This document shows, in pieces, positions 17,784 to 27,041 of a DNA stretch of 45,490 bases. The stretch is from a virus (lineage: Duplodnaviria; Caudoviricetes), in the IMG/VR virus record IMGVR_UViG_3300025282_000066, positions 1 to 45,490 of that record; one strand, given 5' to 3'. The translations under genes and the position numbers were made by a program. The first letter of the stretch is position 1, and each line of letters begins with the position of its first letter. Under the pieces are notes generated by a model that was given only the letters and a program-made list of their open reading frames with translations, did not search any database and was not told the origin of the DNA.

Positions 17784-18022
17784 ATAGGCGAGCCTCTAAT
17801 ATGAGGAATATAACTCGACTTATTCTAACCGTGATGTATACAGCGATGGGGTGCTCACCCCCTATAGCTCAATTGGCTAGAGCACCAGTATATCCTCTCA
17901 ATCCCTTCCATTGGATACATCCACCAACAATCGTAAGAAACTTCGATGGTGACATCAAAGCAGAAGTTGGGTGAGTCTTTATTAGACTCACGGGATGGAT
18001 CCAATAACTCAGGAGATCTAAC

Positions 18023-18151
18023 ATGACAAAAGATGAAAAAGCAGACATTGCTCTCTTGTTCAAGACACTGAATGATGCTATGATACGCATCGAGCTACTT
18101 GAAGAGGAATGGAGAAGTGTTCTATTAGGAATGCTGGAGGTAACAAAGTGA
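18023..18151 (+). CDS. Hypothetical protein (42 aa)
   Basis: AGGAG RBS; MTKDEKADIALLFKTLND... Below the track length cutoff. Confidence 0.6.
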   Translation: MTKDEKADIALLFKTLNDAMIRIELLEEEWRSVLLGMLEVTK

Positions 18152-18185
18152 TATTCTGAGGCTACATTTAAACAGGAGAACTAGC

Positions 18186-18419
18186 ATGTGTCCAGACAAG
18201 TTTCTTTTCATTCAAACCCTTGATACACCGGGAAACCACATCACTGTTGGAATGACCCAAACTAATGATGGTATATTCCTAAAGTGGATGGAAGATGTTG
18301 ATGATGAGGTTGTTCAAGTACAAATCTGTGATTCAGATGCTAACGACATTCTCAACTCAATTAAACTCACACAACAAATGATTGACAAAGCAGCAAGACT
18401 AGGAGAACTATCATGTTAG
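18186..18419 (+). CDS. Hypothetical protein
   Basis: AGGAG RBS; part of a tightly packed gene run. Confidence 0.75.
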   Translation: MCPDKFLFIQTLDTPGNHITVGMTQTNDGIFLKWMEDVDDEVVQVQICDSDANDILNSIKLTQQMIDKAARLGELSC

Positions 18420-18724
18420 GACTTGGTAAAGGCCACAACCACGGTACTTGGTACAAGGATTGGCGGTCTCACCCCGGAGAATTAGTCAAGAATACTGAAG
18501 TTTTCGTACCAGAAGACTTGACAGACCTCCAAAAATCAGGTAGTGTATACAAGCCCATAGAAGCATATGCACAACAATGGAAGCACGAGACCGACAAATC
18601 TGGAGTGATGACCAACGCCTACCCCATAGGCGAGCCTCAACGTTCAGACTTGCCACCTCTGTATATTCAGTGGAAGCAAGACTGGAAGAGACGATTCATC
18701 CCCTTCTGGATTGGCGGGAAATAG
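18413..18724 (+). CDS. Hypothetical protein
   Basis: AGGAG RBS; overlaps the upstream stop codon. Confidence 0.7.
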   Translation: MLGLGKGHNHGTWYKDWRSHPGELVKNTEVFVPEDLTDLQKSGSVYKPIEAYAQQWKHETDKSGVMTNAYPIGEPQRSDLPPLYIQWKQDWKRRFIPFWIGGK

Positions 18725-18900
18725 TGCAACACAGCAAGCAACATGATCCTGATAAACTAAAGCAAAGACTAGCCACTATCACGAATAATCTCGGCTGGTC
18801 TACTAAGAAAAAAGTAGAGTTTCTATTAAAATACGAAGAACTTCCAAACGAACTTTTCAAAAAGGCTATTATCCGCCTAGAAAGAAAAACCAATGGATGA
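18724..18900 (+). CDS. Hypothetical protein
   Basis: GTG overlapping the upstream TAG; 3' part of track ORF 18577..18900. Confidence 0.5.
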   Translation: MQHSKQHDPDKLKQRLATITNNLGWSTKKKVEFLLKYEELPNELFKKAIIRLERKTNG

Positions 18901-19045
18901 CCTAGATCTAATCCAATGTGAAGATTACTATGGTGAAGAGTTTCCAAATATTTGGGACTTAGCCTATGAACTCTTTTTTGACAACATGGAGATTCTAAAA
19001 AATGACAACAGGACCAAGGAAACTACAGGATCTAAAGAATCGTGA
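18893..19045 (+). CDS. Small acidic hypothetical protein (50 aa)
   Basis: MDDLDLIQCEDYYGEEFPNIWDLAYELFFD...; fills the gap between neighbouring genes. Confidence 0.45.
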   Translation: MDDLDLIQCEDYYGEEFPNIWDLAYELFFDNMEILKNDNRTKETTGSKES

Positions 19046-19253
19046 AGATGATTCCAAATCTCTTTGGAAACTCCCAAGCGGACAACACGTAATTGTATCT
19101 CGTATTCTTGCTTTCGATCACAAAGGCTGGGAAACTATGATCTTTAAATGTAACTCAACTGGAGAAGACTGGAAATCCAGTATATACGAAACCAGAAGAT
19201 TTGAAACTCATTCTCAATCAATCAATAATCTCATGAAGGATGTTTACGTATGA
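19002..19253 (+). CDS. Hypothetical protein
   Basis: GGAG RBS; contains a WETMIFKC segment. Confidence 0.75.
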   Translation: MTTGPRKLQDLKNREDDSKSLWKLPSGQHVIVSRILAFDHKGWETMIFKCNSTGEDWKSSIYETRRFETHSQSINNLMKDVYV

Positions 19254-19414
19254 ATGGTACTAATCAACGCGACCTTGGTCGTTGGCATGCTTCCAAAGAT
19301 CGTCAAGAAGATGCTCACTGGGATGATAAACCAGACAAATCAAAAGAAAGAGATGACTACTTTAAAGATGGAGACTATCTTCGAGACCTGAAATGGGATC
19401 AAGATCATTCTTAG
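19250..19414 (+). CDS. Hypothetical protein (54 aa)
   Basis: ATGA overlap with the upstream stop; AAGGA RBS. Confidence 0.55.
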   Translation: MNGTNQRDLGRWHASKDRQEDAHWDDKPDKSKERDDYFKDGDYLRDLKWDQDHS

Positions 19415-19422
19415 GGAATAAC

Positions 19423-19698
19423 ATGGACTATAAAATCGTAGAAATCTTTTGGACAGATGCAGAAACTATAGGAGATACTGGCTGGATGCCGTTGACAGAA
19501 GGCGTTCAATCTGCTAAAGTACCACCACCGTTAATGCGTACTGTCGGATATGTATTAGTAGATCACGAAGATTTTATTTCCATTACAGACAGTTTAGGAG
19601 ATCAAGAGTGTGGACACATAACCAAGATTCCTATTCACATGATTCAACGAAAGACTAATCTTTATGAAGAAGACACAATGGGGGATATGGATCGATGA
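19423..19698 (+). CDS. Conserved phage hypothetical protein
   Basis: VEIFWTDA...GW...TVGYV...IP pattern typical of a common small phage family. Start set to ATG 19423. Confidence 0.75.
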   Translation: MDYKIVEIFWTDAETIGDTGWMPLTEGVQSAKVPPPLMRTVGYVLVDHEDFISITDSLGDQECGHITKIPIHMIQRKTNLYEEDTMGDMDR

Positions 19699-19867
19699 TA
19701 TTGGCTGGCTTGAAGATAGCCACACAAAAGATCCTAAGACTGATACATATATCGCTAATCCATCACTATGGCCTACGCTTCGTGAAGCCACGAAAGAAGC
19801 TAAGGAACTTAACACCTTATGGAGAGGCCGTAAAGCATCTTATGAAGCAAAGGAATACAAACCATGA
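19664..19867 (+). CDS. Hypothetical protein
   Basis: ORF coupled to the next gene by an ATGA overlap. Confidence 0.6.
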   Translation: MKKTQWGIWIDDIGWLEDSHTKDPKTDTYIANPSLWPTLREATKEAKELNTLWRGRKASYEAKEYKP

Positions 19868-20145
19868 TATTAAGACAGACTGTAATAGACACAGGTCACC
19901 CAATCGCAAGCAAGATAGAACTAATTGAACATGAAGATACTATAGGCAACCTTTCCTATGAACTACTTCGCCAAGACGTTGATGTCTCCTTTGATTCAAC
20001 TCTTGCTGACTATATTCCTGCATACGATAAAGGTTTCTTCACTAGAAAAGGTCACCACATTCATTGGAGAGCAGAGTTAATTTCTGTACGCCGAACATTC
20101 AGTGGTTGGATAGCCACTTATGGTGTATGGGATCACGAACTCTGA
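19864..20145 (+). CDS. Hypothetical protein
   Basis: AAGGA RBS; ATGA overlap. Confidence 0.7.
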   Translation: MILRQTVIDTGHPIASKIELIEHEDTIGNLSYELLRQDVDVSFDSTLADYIPAYDKGFFTRKGHHIHWRAELISVRRTFSGWIATYGVWDHEL

Positions 20146-20150
20146 TTTAA

Positions 20151-20321
20151 ATGGGACGTACTCATCGTAAAGAAAAGAAAGAGGATCGTCCTAAAAAACG
20201 TAAGTCTTATACTTCCAGAGACAAGGCTAAAAGAACCTTGGATGATTGGGAGAACAAAGACTGGGAAAATCTGTCAACTGATATAGGAGAGCAAAATGGC
20301 TCACGAAATGACGGAAAATGA
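20151..20321 (+). CDS. Small basic hypothetical protein (56 aa)
   Basis: MGRTHRKEKKEDRPKKRK...; fills an intergenic gap. Confidence 0.5.
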   Translation: MGRTHRKEKKEDRPKKRKSYTSRDKAKRTLDDWENKDWENLSTDIGEQNGSRNDGK

Positions 20322-21264
20322 TTCTGCTGTATATTACAAAGAACGTGCTTGGCATGGTCTAGGTAATGTTATACCTGATTCCATGTCAATCATGGATGCA
20401 TACGACAAGTCCGGCCTCAGCTGGGAAGTCACTAAGGTTGGAGGAATTACCGTTGGTAATACTTGGACCGAAGATTACAATGGTATTGTAAGAGACGATA
20501 CCAAAGAAGTACTCGGAATCGTAAGTTCCAAGTACAAGGTAGTACAAAACCACGAGGTATTTGATCTGGCTCAATACTTTAGTTCTGTGGCTACCGTAGA
20601 ATCTGCTGGATCAGTACAAGGTGGACGAAAGAACTACCTGTTACTTCATTCAGATTCATTTGATGCTAACACCAACGACACAATAGAGAGGTACATGGCT
20701 CTGTTCTGGGGTCATGACGGAACCTCCAGTCTTATCATTAAACCTACCTCTATCCGAGTAGTATGTAAGAATACAATGGATATGGCTTTGGCTCAAAAGG
20801 CTACAAGTTTGGTTATCAAGCATCACGGTAATATAGAAGAAAAGATGGATACCGCTAGGACCATCGTTTCTCAATATCGTGAGACTGGTATTCTCTTCCA
20901 ACGTGAGGTTGAATACCTCGCAGGCAAGAACATCACTCACGAGGAACTAAGGAAATTCTTCTTCGAAGCATACTCCAGATTCTGGAATGAGTTCAATGTC
21001 GCTCCCATGAACAAGGAAGAGGACAAGTTATACGAAAGTGCTTGCCACACAATCCTTAACTGGGAGAACACATTCGAAGCTGAAACTGTAGACATTATTC
21101 CCAGCCCTTGGGTTGCAGTGAATGCAGTAACTAATTACATTCAGCACCGAGTTGCTAAGCATGGACGCCAAGCCTCTATAGATTCCAAGGCATTCAATAA
21201 CTTGAATGGTATAAATGCTAAGAAGACAAAGAACATCATGCAGATGGCATTGTCTCACTTCTGA
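20296..21264 (+). CDS. DUF932 / phage-plasmid TIGR03299-like protein
   Basis: AWHGLG; LGIVSSKYKVVQN; VESAGSVQGGR; GHDGTSS...TSIRVVCKNT; W.AVNAVT.Y..H. Confidence 0.85.
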   Translation: MAHEMTENDSAVYYKERAWHGLGNVIPDSMSIMDAYDKSGLSWEVTKVGGITVGNTWTEDYNGIVRDDTKEVLGIVSSKYKVVQNHEVFDLAQYFSSVATVESAGSVQGGRKNYLLLHSDSFDANTNDTIERYMALFWGHDGTSSLIIKPTSIRVVCKNTMDMALAQKATSLVIKHHGNIEEKMDTARTIVSQYRETGILFQREVEYLAGKNITHEELRKFFFEAYSRFWNEFNVAPMNKEEDKLYESACHTILNWENTFEAETVDIIPSPWVAVNAVTNYIQHRVAKHGRQASIDSKAFNNLNGINAKKTKNIMQMALSHF

Positions 21265-21271
21265 TCCCCAA

Positions 21272-21310
21272 GGTCTCACTTGTCTCCCCTTCGGGGGAGC
21301 AGGTGGACCA
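21272..21310 (+). promoter_or_regulatory. Long stem-loop with cUUCGg tetraloop (processing, stabilising or terminator element)
   Basis: CACTTG-T-CTCCCC-TTCG-GGGGAG-CAGGTG directly after the stop codon; no U tract. Confidence 0.5.
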
Positions 21311-21477
21311 CTATCACGGAGGTACCAATGCTAGCCCAACTACTATATCCCATGCGAATGAGAATTATATTATTCATACCCTTAGTAATGTATTGTTGAT
21401 GAACATCGTTATAGGCATACTTATAACTATTTCTTGTCTAAGCTTACTTAAAACGATTATGGAGTTAAGGAAACTAG

Positions 21478-21756
21478 ATGAAAAAAGACGTTGATCAAAA
21501 CTTTGGTGGATCTTTCAATGCCCACAAACATTGGAAAAAGTTACGTGAGAAGCATCGTAAAAAGGAAGCTCAAGAAGCAAGGGGTATATTTAGCCGAGCC
21601 CAACCAGAGACCTATCAACCCAACAACCAAACAATAGAAGGTTCTGAAAGAATAATATCAAAAGAATTGTATGATCTTAATTATGAGCTTGCTTTTGGTA
21701 GAATTACTAAAGAAGAATACGAACAAAGGAGATCAGAACTTGATTTGGGAGAGTGA
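21478..21756 (+). CDS. Hypothetical protein
   Basis: AAGGA RBS. The C-terminal GRITKEEYEQRR resembles a SHOCT-like helix. Confidence 0.7.
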   Translation: MKKDVDQNFGGSFNAHKHWKKLREKHRKKEAQEARGIFSRAQPETYQPNNQTIEGSERIISKELYDLNYELAFGRITKEEYEQRRSELDLGE

Positions 21757-24184
21757 AACTGAAGACGTTCAGTTAGACCGACGTAATGGTCAGATTATAT
21801 ACGAGCAGTCCATGCTGGAATATGGTCGGCACAAATACTGGAAGGACTACGAACGGGCTCCTGATGAAGGAATACCTGAGCAATGTCTTATTGATTCCTC
21901 TATCAAAGAACTAGAAAATAAATACCAAGAGTGGATTGATCGGGTATGTAGTGCTCCTAAAGTTCCTAGTTGGGTCTACCCCTTGATGGAATTAGGCTCA
22001 CGTAAGATGGCTGATATAACTATACGTGCTGTCATACGTCATTGGTTTTCTCCCTCCTATTGGAATGGAAGTTACAACGAACATATACACACACCTCCAG
22101 TAGCTCAAAAGATAGCGTGTCAGATTGCAAATGATGTATCTGATATTATTGCCTACCAACAAGCCAAAGAAGCAAACTACACCGACTGGAAGAGACAATC
22201 TAAGTTCATTAAGAACTGGACTCTAAAGAGATGCCGAGCATTCTCCAAGAAAATGCAAACCAATGTCAAATTAAGTACTAGGGCCAAGCATTCTTTCGGA
22301 CATCACATGCTAGAGATAGCCTGTAGTTCTAATATTATTGAGATGAGAAAAGAAAAGATAAAAACTAGATCAGGTAAGTTCCGTACTTGTAGTTTTGTTG
22401 AGTTCCATCCAGAGGTACTCAAAGAGTTACATAAGAGACACGATATTCTCCAGAATTCTACCTTAGTTTACAGACCAATGCTTATTCCTCCAATAGAACA
22501 TACTCTCCTTGCTTCTGGAGGATACATAACAAGAAATCTCAGAAAACCTGTAGTACAACGATATCAAAACAATTACTTTGGAGACATGCCTAAGCAGCAG
22601 AAGTTCTCAGAGCCATCAGAACTTGTTTTACGAGGCCTGAATGGCATGCAAAAAACTGAATGGACTGTGGATAAAAAGGTATATGAGGTAATGAAGAATC
22701 TGTTTGAGAACAATACTCAAATAGGTAATCTTCCGCCTTATGGGTTTGATGAGTTCATGTATTCCGAAGACTACCCAAAAGGTGGACCCAAAGAAGAACA
22801 AGCCAAATGGCTACAGATTCGAGAAGAATGTTGGGGTAATTGGTACAAATCTGAACAAGCCAGAGGACGTATGTTAGTACGGCTTGCTTTAGCCGAAGAC
22901 CTAATGAGATGGGATTACTTCTATCATGTATATACCTTAGACTTCCGGGGCCGGGCTTACACCACATGTGAATTACTATCACCACAATCCTCAGATTTTG
23001 ATCGTGGATTGATTAAGTTTGCCGTCAGAAAAAAGCTAGATAAATTTGGTATCTATTGGCGTAAAGTTAATATTGCCAACTTATTTGATCAAGACAAAGG
23101 CACCTTTGATGAACGTGTTCAATGGGTAGAAGATAATCATGATATGCTACTTAGAATTGCTCAAGATCCTTATGAGAATAAAGAATGGGTTGATGATAGA
23201 AAGAAAAAGAATAAATCTTTTCGTAGACTTCAAGCAATCTTTGATTATGCTTTAGAAGATAACTGCTCCGACATATCAGTTCAACTTGACGGAAAGTGTA
23301 ATGGGAATCAACATTGGAGCTCCATTATGAGAGATCCTGATATTGCAAAACTTACAAGTGTGTCACCCGATGACAGGCCACAAGATTTATATCAATTTGT
23401 AGCCGATGGGGTCACCAGTTATTGTAAGATGCATATTAATGAGAACCCTTGGTATGGACAGTTCCTAGACTATTGGAAAGATGGGATAAATAGGAACGTA
23501 ACTAAACGATCTACTATGTGTGAGGCCTATGGGCTTACGTTCTATGGCATCCAAAAATACATACGCTTAGAGGGTCATGTAGATTGGGTACCGCGTGAGT
23601 CCCGAGGAGGAGCCATAGTCGAACTTGCTAGGGCAACTCAAGCAGCTCTAAATACAACCTTAAGTAGTAGTAATTCCGGAAAAGAATATCTTAAAGAAAT
23701 ATCTAATGTTGCTTCTGATCTTAATCAACATCTATGTTGGACTACACCCTCTGGCTTCAAAGTAGTACACTACTATACTGAAATTCAGACTCGTAGGTCT
23801 ATAGCCAAGTTATTTAATAGCCGTGAACTACACTTCTTTGTGAAGACAGACATTCCAAATGCTAAAGCTGCAAAGCAAGCTATTTCACCTAATTATATTC
23901 ACTCACTCGATGCTGCCCATATGTTTCTCGTACTAGCTGCTTTGCTTTCACAAGGTATAACAGATTTTTGTATGGTACATGATTCCTATGGATGTCATGC
24001 TAATGATGTCCCTTTAATGGCTAAGATTACCAGAGAAGAATTTGCAGGCATGCATCGCAATAATCAACTACAGTTCTTTAAAGAAGATATAGAAAAATCT
24101 TTGGGGGTAAACCTCCCTGATGTTCCAGCACAGGGAAACTTTAATGTAGACTCTGTGCTGGACTCACAATATTTCTTTGCATAA
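21740..24184 (+). CDS. T7-type DNA-directed RNA polymerase (gp1-like)
   Basis: PMLIPP, DFRGRAY, motif A QLDGKCNGNQH, motif B RNVTKRSTMCEAYG, WTTPSGF, SPNYIHSLDAAH, motif C VHDSYG, C-terminal YFFA. Start uncertain: TTG 21740 follows AAGGAG, while the track gives 21671. Confidence 0.97.
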   Translation: MIWESETEDVQLDRRNGQIIYEQSMLEYGRHKYWKDYERAPDEGIPEQCLIDSSIKELENKYQEWIDRVCSAPKVPSWVYPLMELGSRKMADITIRAVIRHWFSPSYWNGSYNEHIHTPPVAQKIACQIANDVSDIIAYQQAKEANYTDWKRQSKFIKNWTLKRCRAFSKKMQTNVKLSTRAKHSFGHHMLEIACSSNIIEMRKEKIKTRSGKFRTCSFVEFHPEVLKELHKRHDILQNSTLVYRPMLIPPIEHTLLASGGYITRNLRKPVVQRYQNNYFGDMPKQQKFSEPSELVLRGLNGMQKTEWTVDKKVYEVMKNLFENNTQIGNLPPYGFDEFMYSEDYPKGGPKEEQAKWLQIREECWGNWYKSEQARGRMLVRLALAEDLMRWDYFYHVYTLDFRGRAYTTCELLSPQSSDFDRGLIKFAVRKKLDKFGIYWRKVNIANLFDQDKGTFDERVQWVEDNHDMLLRIAQDPYENKEWVDDRKKKNKSFRRLQAIFDYALEDNCSDISVQLDGKCNGNQHWSSIMRDPDIAKLTSVSPDDRPQDLYQFVADGVTSYCKMHINENPWYGQFLDYWKDGINRNVTKRSTMCEAYGLTFYGIQKYIRLEGHVDWVPRESRGGAIVELARATQAALNTTLSSSNSGKEYLKEISNVASDLNQHLCWTTPSGFKVVHYYTEIQTRRSIAKLFNSRELHFFVKTDIPNAKAAKQAISPNYIHSLDAAHMFLVLAALLSQGITDFCMVHDSYGCHANDVPLMAKITREEFAGMHRNNQLQFFKEDIEKSLGVNLPDVPAQGNFNVDSVLDSQYFFA

Positions 24185-24198
24185 TATGGAGGTGACAT

Positions 24199-24453
24199 TT
24201 GAAAACTCAACTTGTGATTACAAACGAGGGAGACCTCGAACATAATGTAAAATACATAACTCAATTGGCATTAGAACCGGGAGATACTAAGTCTCTCACT
24301 ATTAACTTTCCATCAGAGAATATGATGCATATCTTTATGGATAATTTATTCAAAACCTTTATTATAAACCGAGTACCAAGAGATAATAATTTAGATATTA
24401 CCTTAAACATACCCGGAGATCCAAACGATGACGAAAGGATGGACTATGATTGA
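24199..24453 (+). CDS. Hypothetical protein
   Basis: GGAGG RBS before a TTG start. Confidence 0.7.
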   Translation: MKTQLVITNEGDLEHNVKYITQLALEPGDTKSLTINFPSENMMHIFMDNLFKTFIINRVPRDNNLDITLNIPGDPNDDERMDYD

Positions 24454-24568
24454 TGAAGGTGATTATGTAGACATTGTTGATAAATTAAATGATGATGAAT
24501 GGAATGAACTTTGGGACGATGAAGACGAGGCTATGTTTGATAACCTAAAGGAAGACTGTGATGGATAG
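24446..24568 (+). CDS. Very acidic 40-aa peptide
   Basis: AAGGA RBS; MIDEGDYVDIVDKLNDDEWNELWDDEDEAMFDNLKEDCDG. Confidence 0.5.
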   Translation: MIDEGDYVDIVDKLNDDEWNELWDDEDEAMFDNLKEDCDG

Positions 24569-24725
24569 TCTCGAAGGTGCTATTCTTGCAGATCATATTA
24601 CCTCATTAGTAATAGAAGAGGTTCTAAAAGCCGAGGGAGAGGATGCTAAAACCCGACTAAATTGGGAACTAGAACAACTAAGTATTGATATAGATAAAGC
24701 AATAAGGAATTTCTCAGATGACTAG
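24561..24725 (+). CDS. Hypothetical protein (54 aa)
   Basis: AAGGA RBS; overlaps both neighbours. Confidence 0.5.
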   Translation: MDSLEGAILADHITSLVIEEVLKAEGEDAKTRLNWELEQLSIDIDKAIRNFSDD

Positions 24726-25380
24726 AGTATTAGTAATTGGTGATCTACATTTACCGGCTGAGCGTAAAGATTACCTAGACTTTTGTCTTTCCCTCAAAAG
24801 AAAATACAAAACAGAAGAAACAATATTTATTGGTGACATAATGGATCACCATGCAATTTCATTCCATAACAAACATCCTGAAGCTGTCGCAGCTCAACAG
24901 GAATATGGATTGGTAATGGAAAGTCTAAAAAATTGGCGCAAAAAATTTAGAGAGGCCAAAGTATGTATTGGAAATCACGATGAACGAGTTCACAGAATTG
25001 CTTCTGCCTCAGGCATTCCCAGCATGTACTTACAGGACTATAAAACAGTCTATGGTACACCGAATTGGGAGTGGAACTATGAATTTGAGGTTGACGGAAT
25101 ATACTATACGCATGGCACTGGTACGCAAGGCTTTCGTCCTGCAATGTCGATTGCAACTTCGAGAGGCCAAAGCACTGTATCAGGTCATGTCCACTCTATC
25201 GCAGCCATCCATACCATGAATGGCCCGACAGATCGTGTCTTATTTGGTTTTAATGTTCCTTGTGGGGTTGACAGACACCACAAAGTAATGTATTATGGAC
25301 GTAACTTCTTAAAGAAGCCAGTGAACGGAGCTGGCGTAGTAATTAATGGGAAACCCTATATGGAGATAATGGATGGATAA
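24718..25380 (+). CDS. Calcineurin-like metallophosphoesterase
   Basis: GDLH, GDIMD, GNHD, HG and GHVH motifs in the canonical order. Confidence 0.9.
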   Translation: MTRVLVIGDLHLPAERKDYLDFCLSLKRKYKTEETIFIGDIMDHHAISFHNKHPEAVAAQQEYGLVMESLKNWRKKFREAKVCIGNHDERVHRIASASGIPSMYLQDYKTVYGTPNWEWNYEFEVDGIYYTHGTGTQGFRPAMSIATSRGQSTVSGHVHSIAAIHTMNGPTDRVLFGFNVPCGVDRHHKVMYYGRNFLKKPVNGAGVVINGKPYMEIMDG

Positions 25381-25558
25381 TGACTTAAAGATTGCAGATG
25401 CAGTCGAAGAAGAATCTGATGAGATGTTCATCAAGGTATCAGACCTTGAGAACTTTATGCAGCAGATTAGTTTTACCTTGATGTCAATTGTTAATGGCAT
25501 CGATCAAACGATGAAAGAACTCAAAAGGAGTACACCTAGTGATGACAACAAAGATTGA
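25373..25558 (+). CDS. Hypothetical protein
   Basis: GGAG RBS; overlaps both neighbours. Confidence 0.65.
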   Translation: MDNDLKIADAVEEESDEMFIKVSDLENFMQQISFTLMSIVNGIDQTMKELKRSTPSDDNKD

Positions 25559-26048
25559 GGCATTTACCACCGAAACCGTTGAGGTTCAGTGGGGCCACCT
25601 ACATCAGCCCGATGAAAAGTTCGGTGCTGATTCAGCAAATCATAATATCAGTATCCTTGTAGACAAGGTTTTGCAAAAGAAGCTTGACCAACTCCTCAAG
25701 GAATCTGGTGCTACTAAGATCAACGGTATGCGTACCGACGATGATGGTCGAGTAATCCTTAAGGCCAAGTCAAAGACTCTGGTCAAGAAAGGTGAGAAAA
25801 CCTTCCCCTGTCGGGATGCCTCGGCTGCAAAGACCGATGTCCTTCCCTTCGGAGGTGACACTGTTCGTCTGCGTCTGGCCCCTGCGGTCTTGGCTCGTGA
25901 CGGTAGCATGTCCTTGTATCTTAATGGTTGTCAAATCATTGAGAAGAACAGCGACGATTTCGATACCACTGGTGGCTTTGAAGCTACCGCTGGCTATACA
26001 AATCCAATCGACACGGATCCAACCAACGTGGATGATCTACCCATCTGA
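25539..26048 (+). CDS. Single-stranded DNA-binding protein (T7 gp2.5-like)
   Basis: WGHLHQPDEKF, GGDTVRL, SLYLNGCQIIE, acidic tail DDLPI; position after the RNAP matches T7 synteny. Confidence 0.8.
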   Translation: MMTTKIEAFTTETVEVQWGHLHQPDEKFGADSANHNISILVDKVLQKKLDQLLKESGATKINGMRTDDDGRVILKAKSKTLVKKGEKTFPCRDASAAKTDVLPFGGDTVRLRLAPAVLARDGSMSLYLNGCQIIEKNSDDFDTTGGFEATAGYTNPIDTDPTNVDDLPI

Positions 26049-26437
26049 TGGAATGGGTTTTCCCAATCAGTCCCGTCGCAGCAAGTAGGCCTCGTGTCTC
26101 ACGACACGGGGCTTACTATGCTGGCCCTTACAAGAAGTTCAGGGAGGAATGTTGGGACCTAGTGCCAATGGTACTGGGTCCCGACTTCCAACCCTTTGAT
26201 CGTGGATTGTACGTTGATCTTGAACTATATGTTCGTAGACCAAAGACTACTAAACTTCATACACCAAAACCTGATATTGATAATTATCAAAAAGCTGTGT
26301 TTGATGTACTAAATGATAGACTATGGACTGACGATAGTTTAATCGAAGCAGTCTATGCTACTAAGCAATGGGCCTGTGAAGGCGAAGAAGGATACTTTGT
26401 AGTAGGAGTAAACTATGCAGGCGAGTATGACCTCTAA
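26048..26437 (+). CDS. rusA: RusA-family Holliday junction resolvase
   Basis: PVAASRPR, KPDIDNYQKAVFDVLN and WTDDSLI catalytic motifs. Confidence 0.88.
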   Translation: MEWVFPISPVAASRPRVSRHGAYYAGPYKKFREECWDLVPMVLGPDFQPFDRGLYVDLELYVRRPKTTKLHTPKPDIDNYQKAVFDVLNDRLWTDDSLIEAVYATKQWACEGEEGYFVVGVNYAGEYDL

Positions 26438-26965
26438 CTTAATCCATCCCCCCTTACACAAAGAACTATTAAAGGTTCACGATCAATTAGCCCGCCGTAA
26501 TAATCTAAGTACAGATCTTATTATGGCTTCGGCTTTGGTAGAAAAAGACTTTGGCTCTGCTTGCATTGCAGCCATCGCTACTTTGGGTGGACTGCATGCT
26601 CCTCTAGAACAAACCATGCATCTATTATTGATTGAGGATTCGGTACAGATAGCTGATAATATTATATCATCTGGTTTAAGAGTACCCGGCTGGGGTTCTA
26701 GTTTTGCTAAAGACCACAGTGATCCTTTGTTTGACATCTTAGACAGTAAAATATCTAGAATAGATAACGAATTATATTATAAGATTGTATCTATTACCGC
26801 CTTACTTTTAAACAAAACAAAGAAACCATTGTTCCCTAATGCTGCTTGTTATACAGCAGCCTGTTGTATTATAAATGATATTGATCCACGAGTTGCTTTA
26901 AAAACTTTGATCCAAGGAAGGATTGAGGCTTGGTCGGAAATATACTTACAGAACTATAGGTCCCG

Positions 26966-26975
<10 letters not shown>
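26427..26975 (+). CDS. Truncated citrate synthase / citryl-CoA lyase-like protein
   Basis: ATLGGLHAP (cf. GPLHGG), VPGWGS...DP (cf. GFGH...DPR), FPNAACY (cf. PNVDFY), GRIEAW (cf. R..GW). Start 26427 or 26415. Confidence 0.65.
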
Positions 26976-27038
<63 letters not shown>

Positions 27039-27041
27039 TTA

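Noticed and set aside
17744-17974. 76-aa plus-strand ORF in the ncRNA island
   Set aside because: No RBS, GTG start, and it runs across a T-arm and D-arm; an RNA-level explanation is more convincing.
21303-21494. 63-aa ORF with a hydrophobic C-terminus
   Set aside because: Its start lies within a stable hairpin. A shorter membrane peptide is possible but not supportable.
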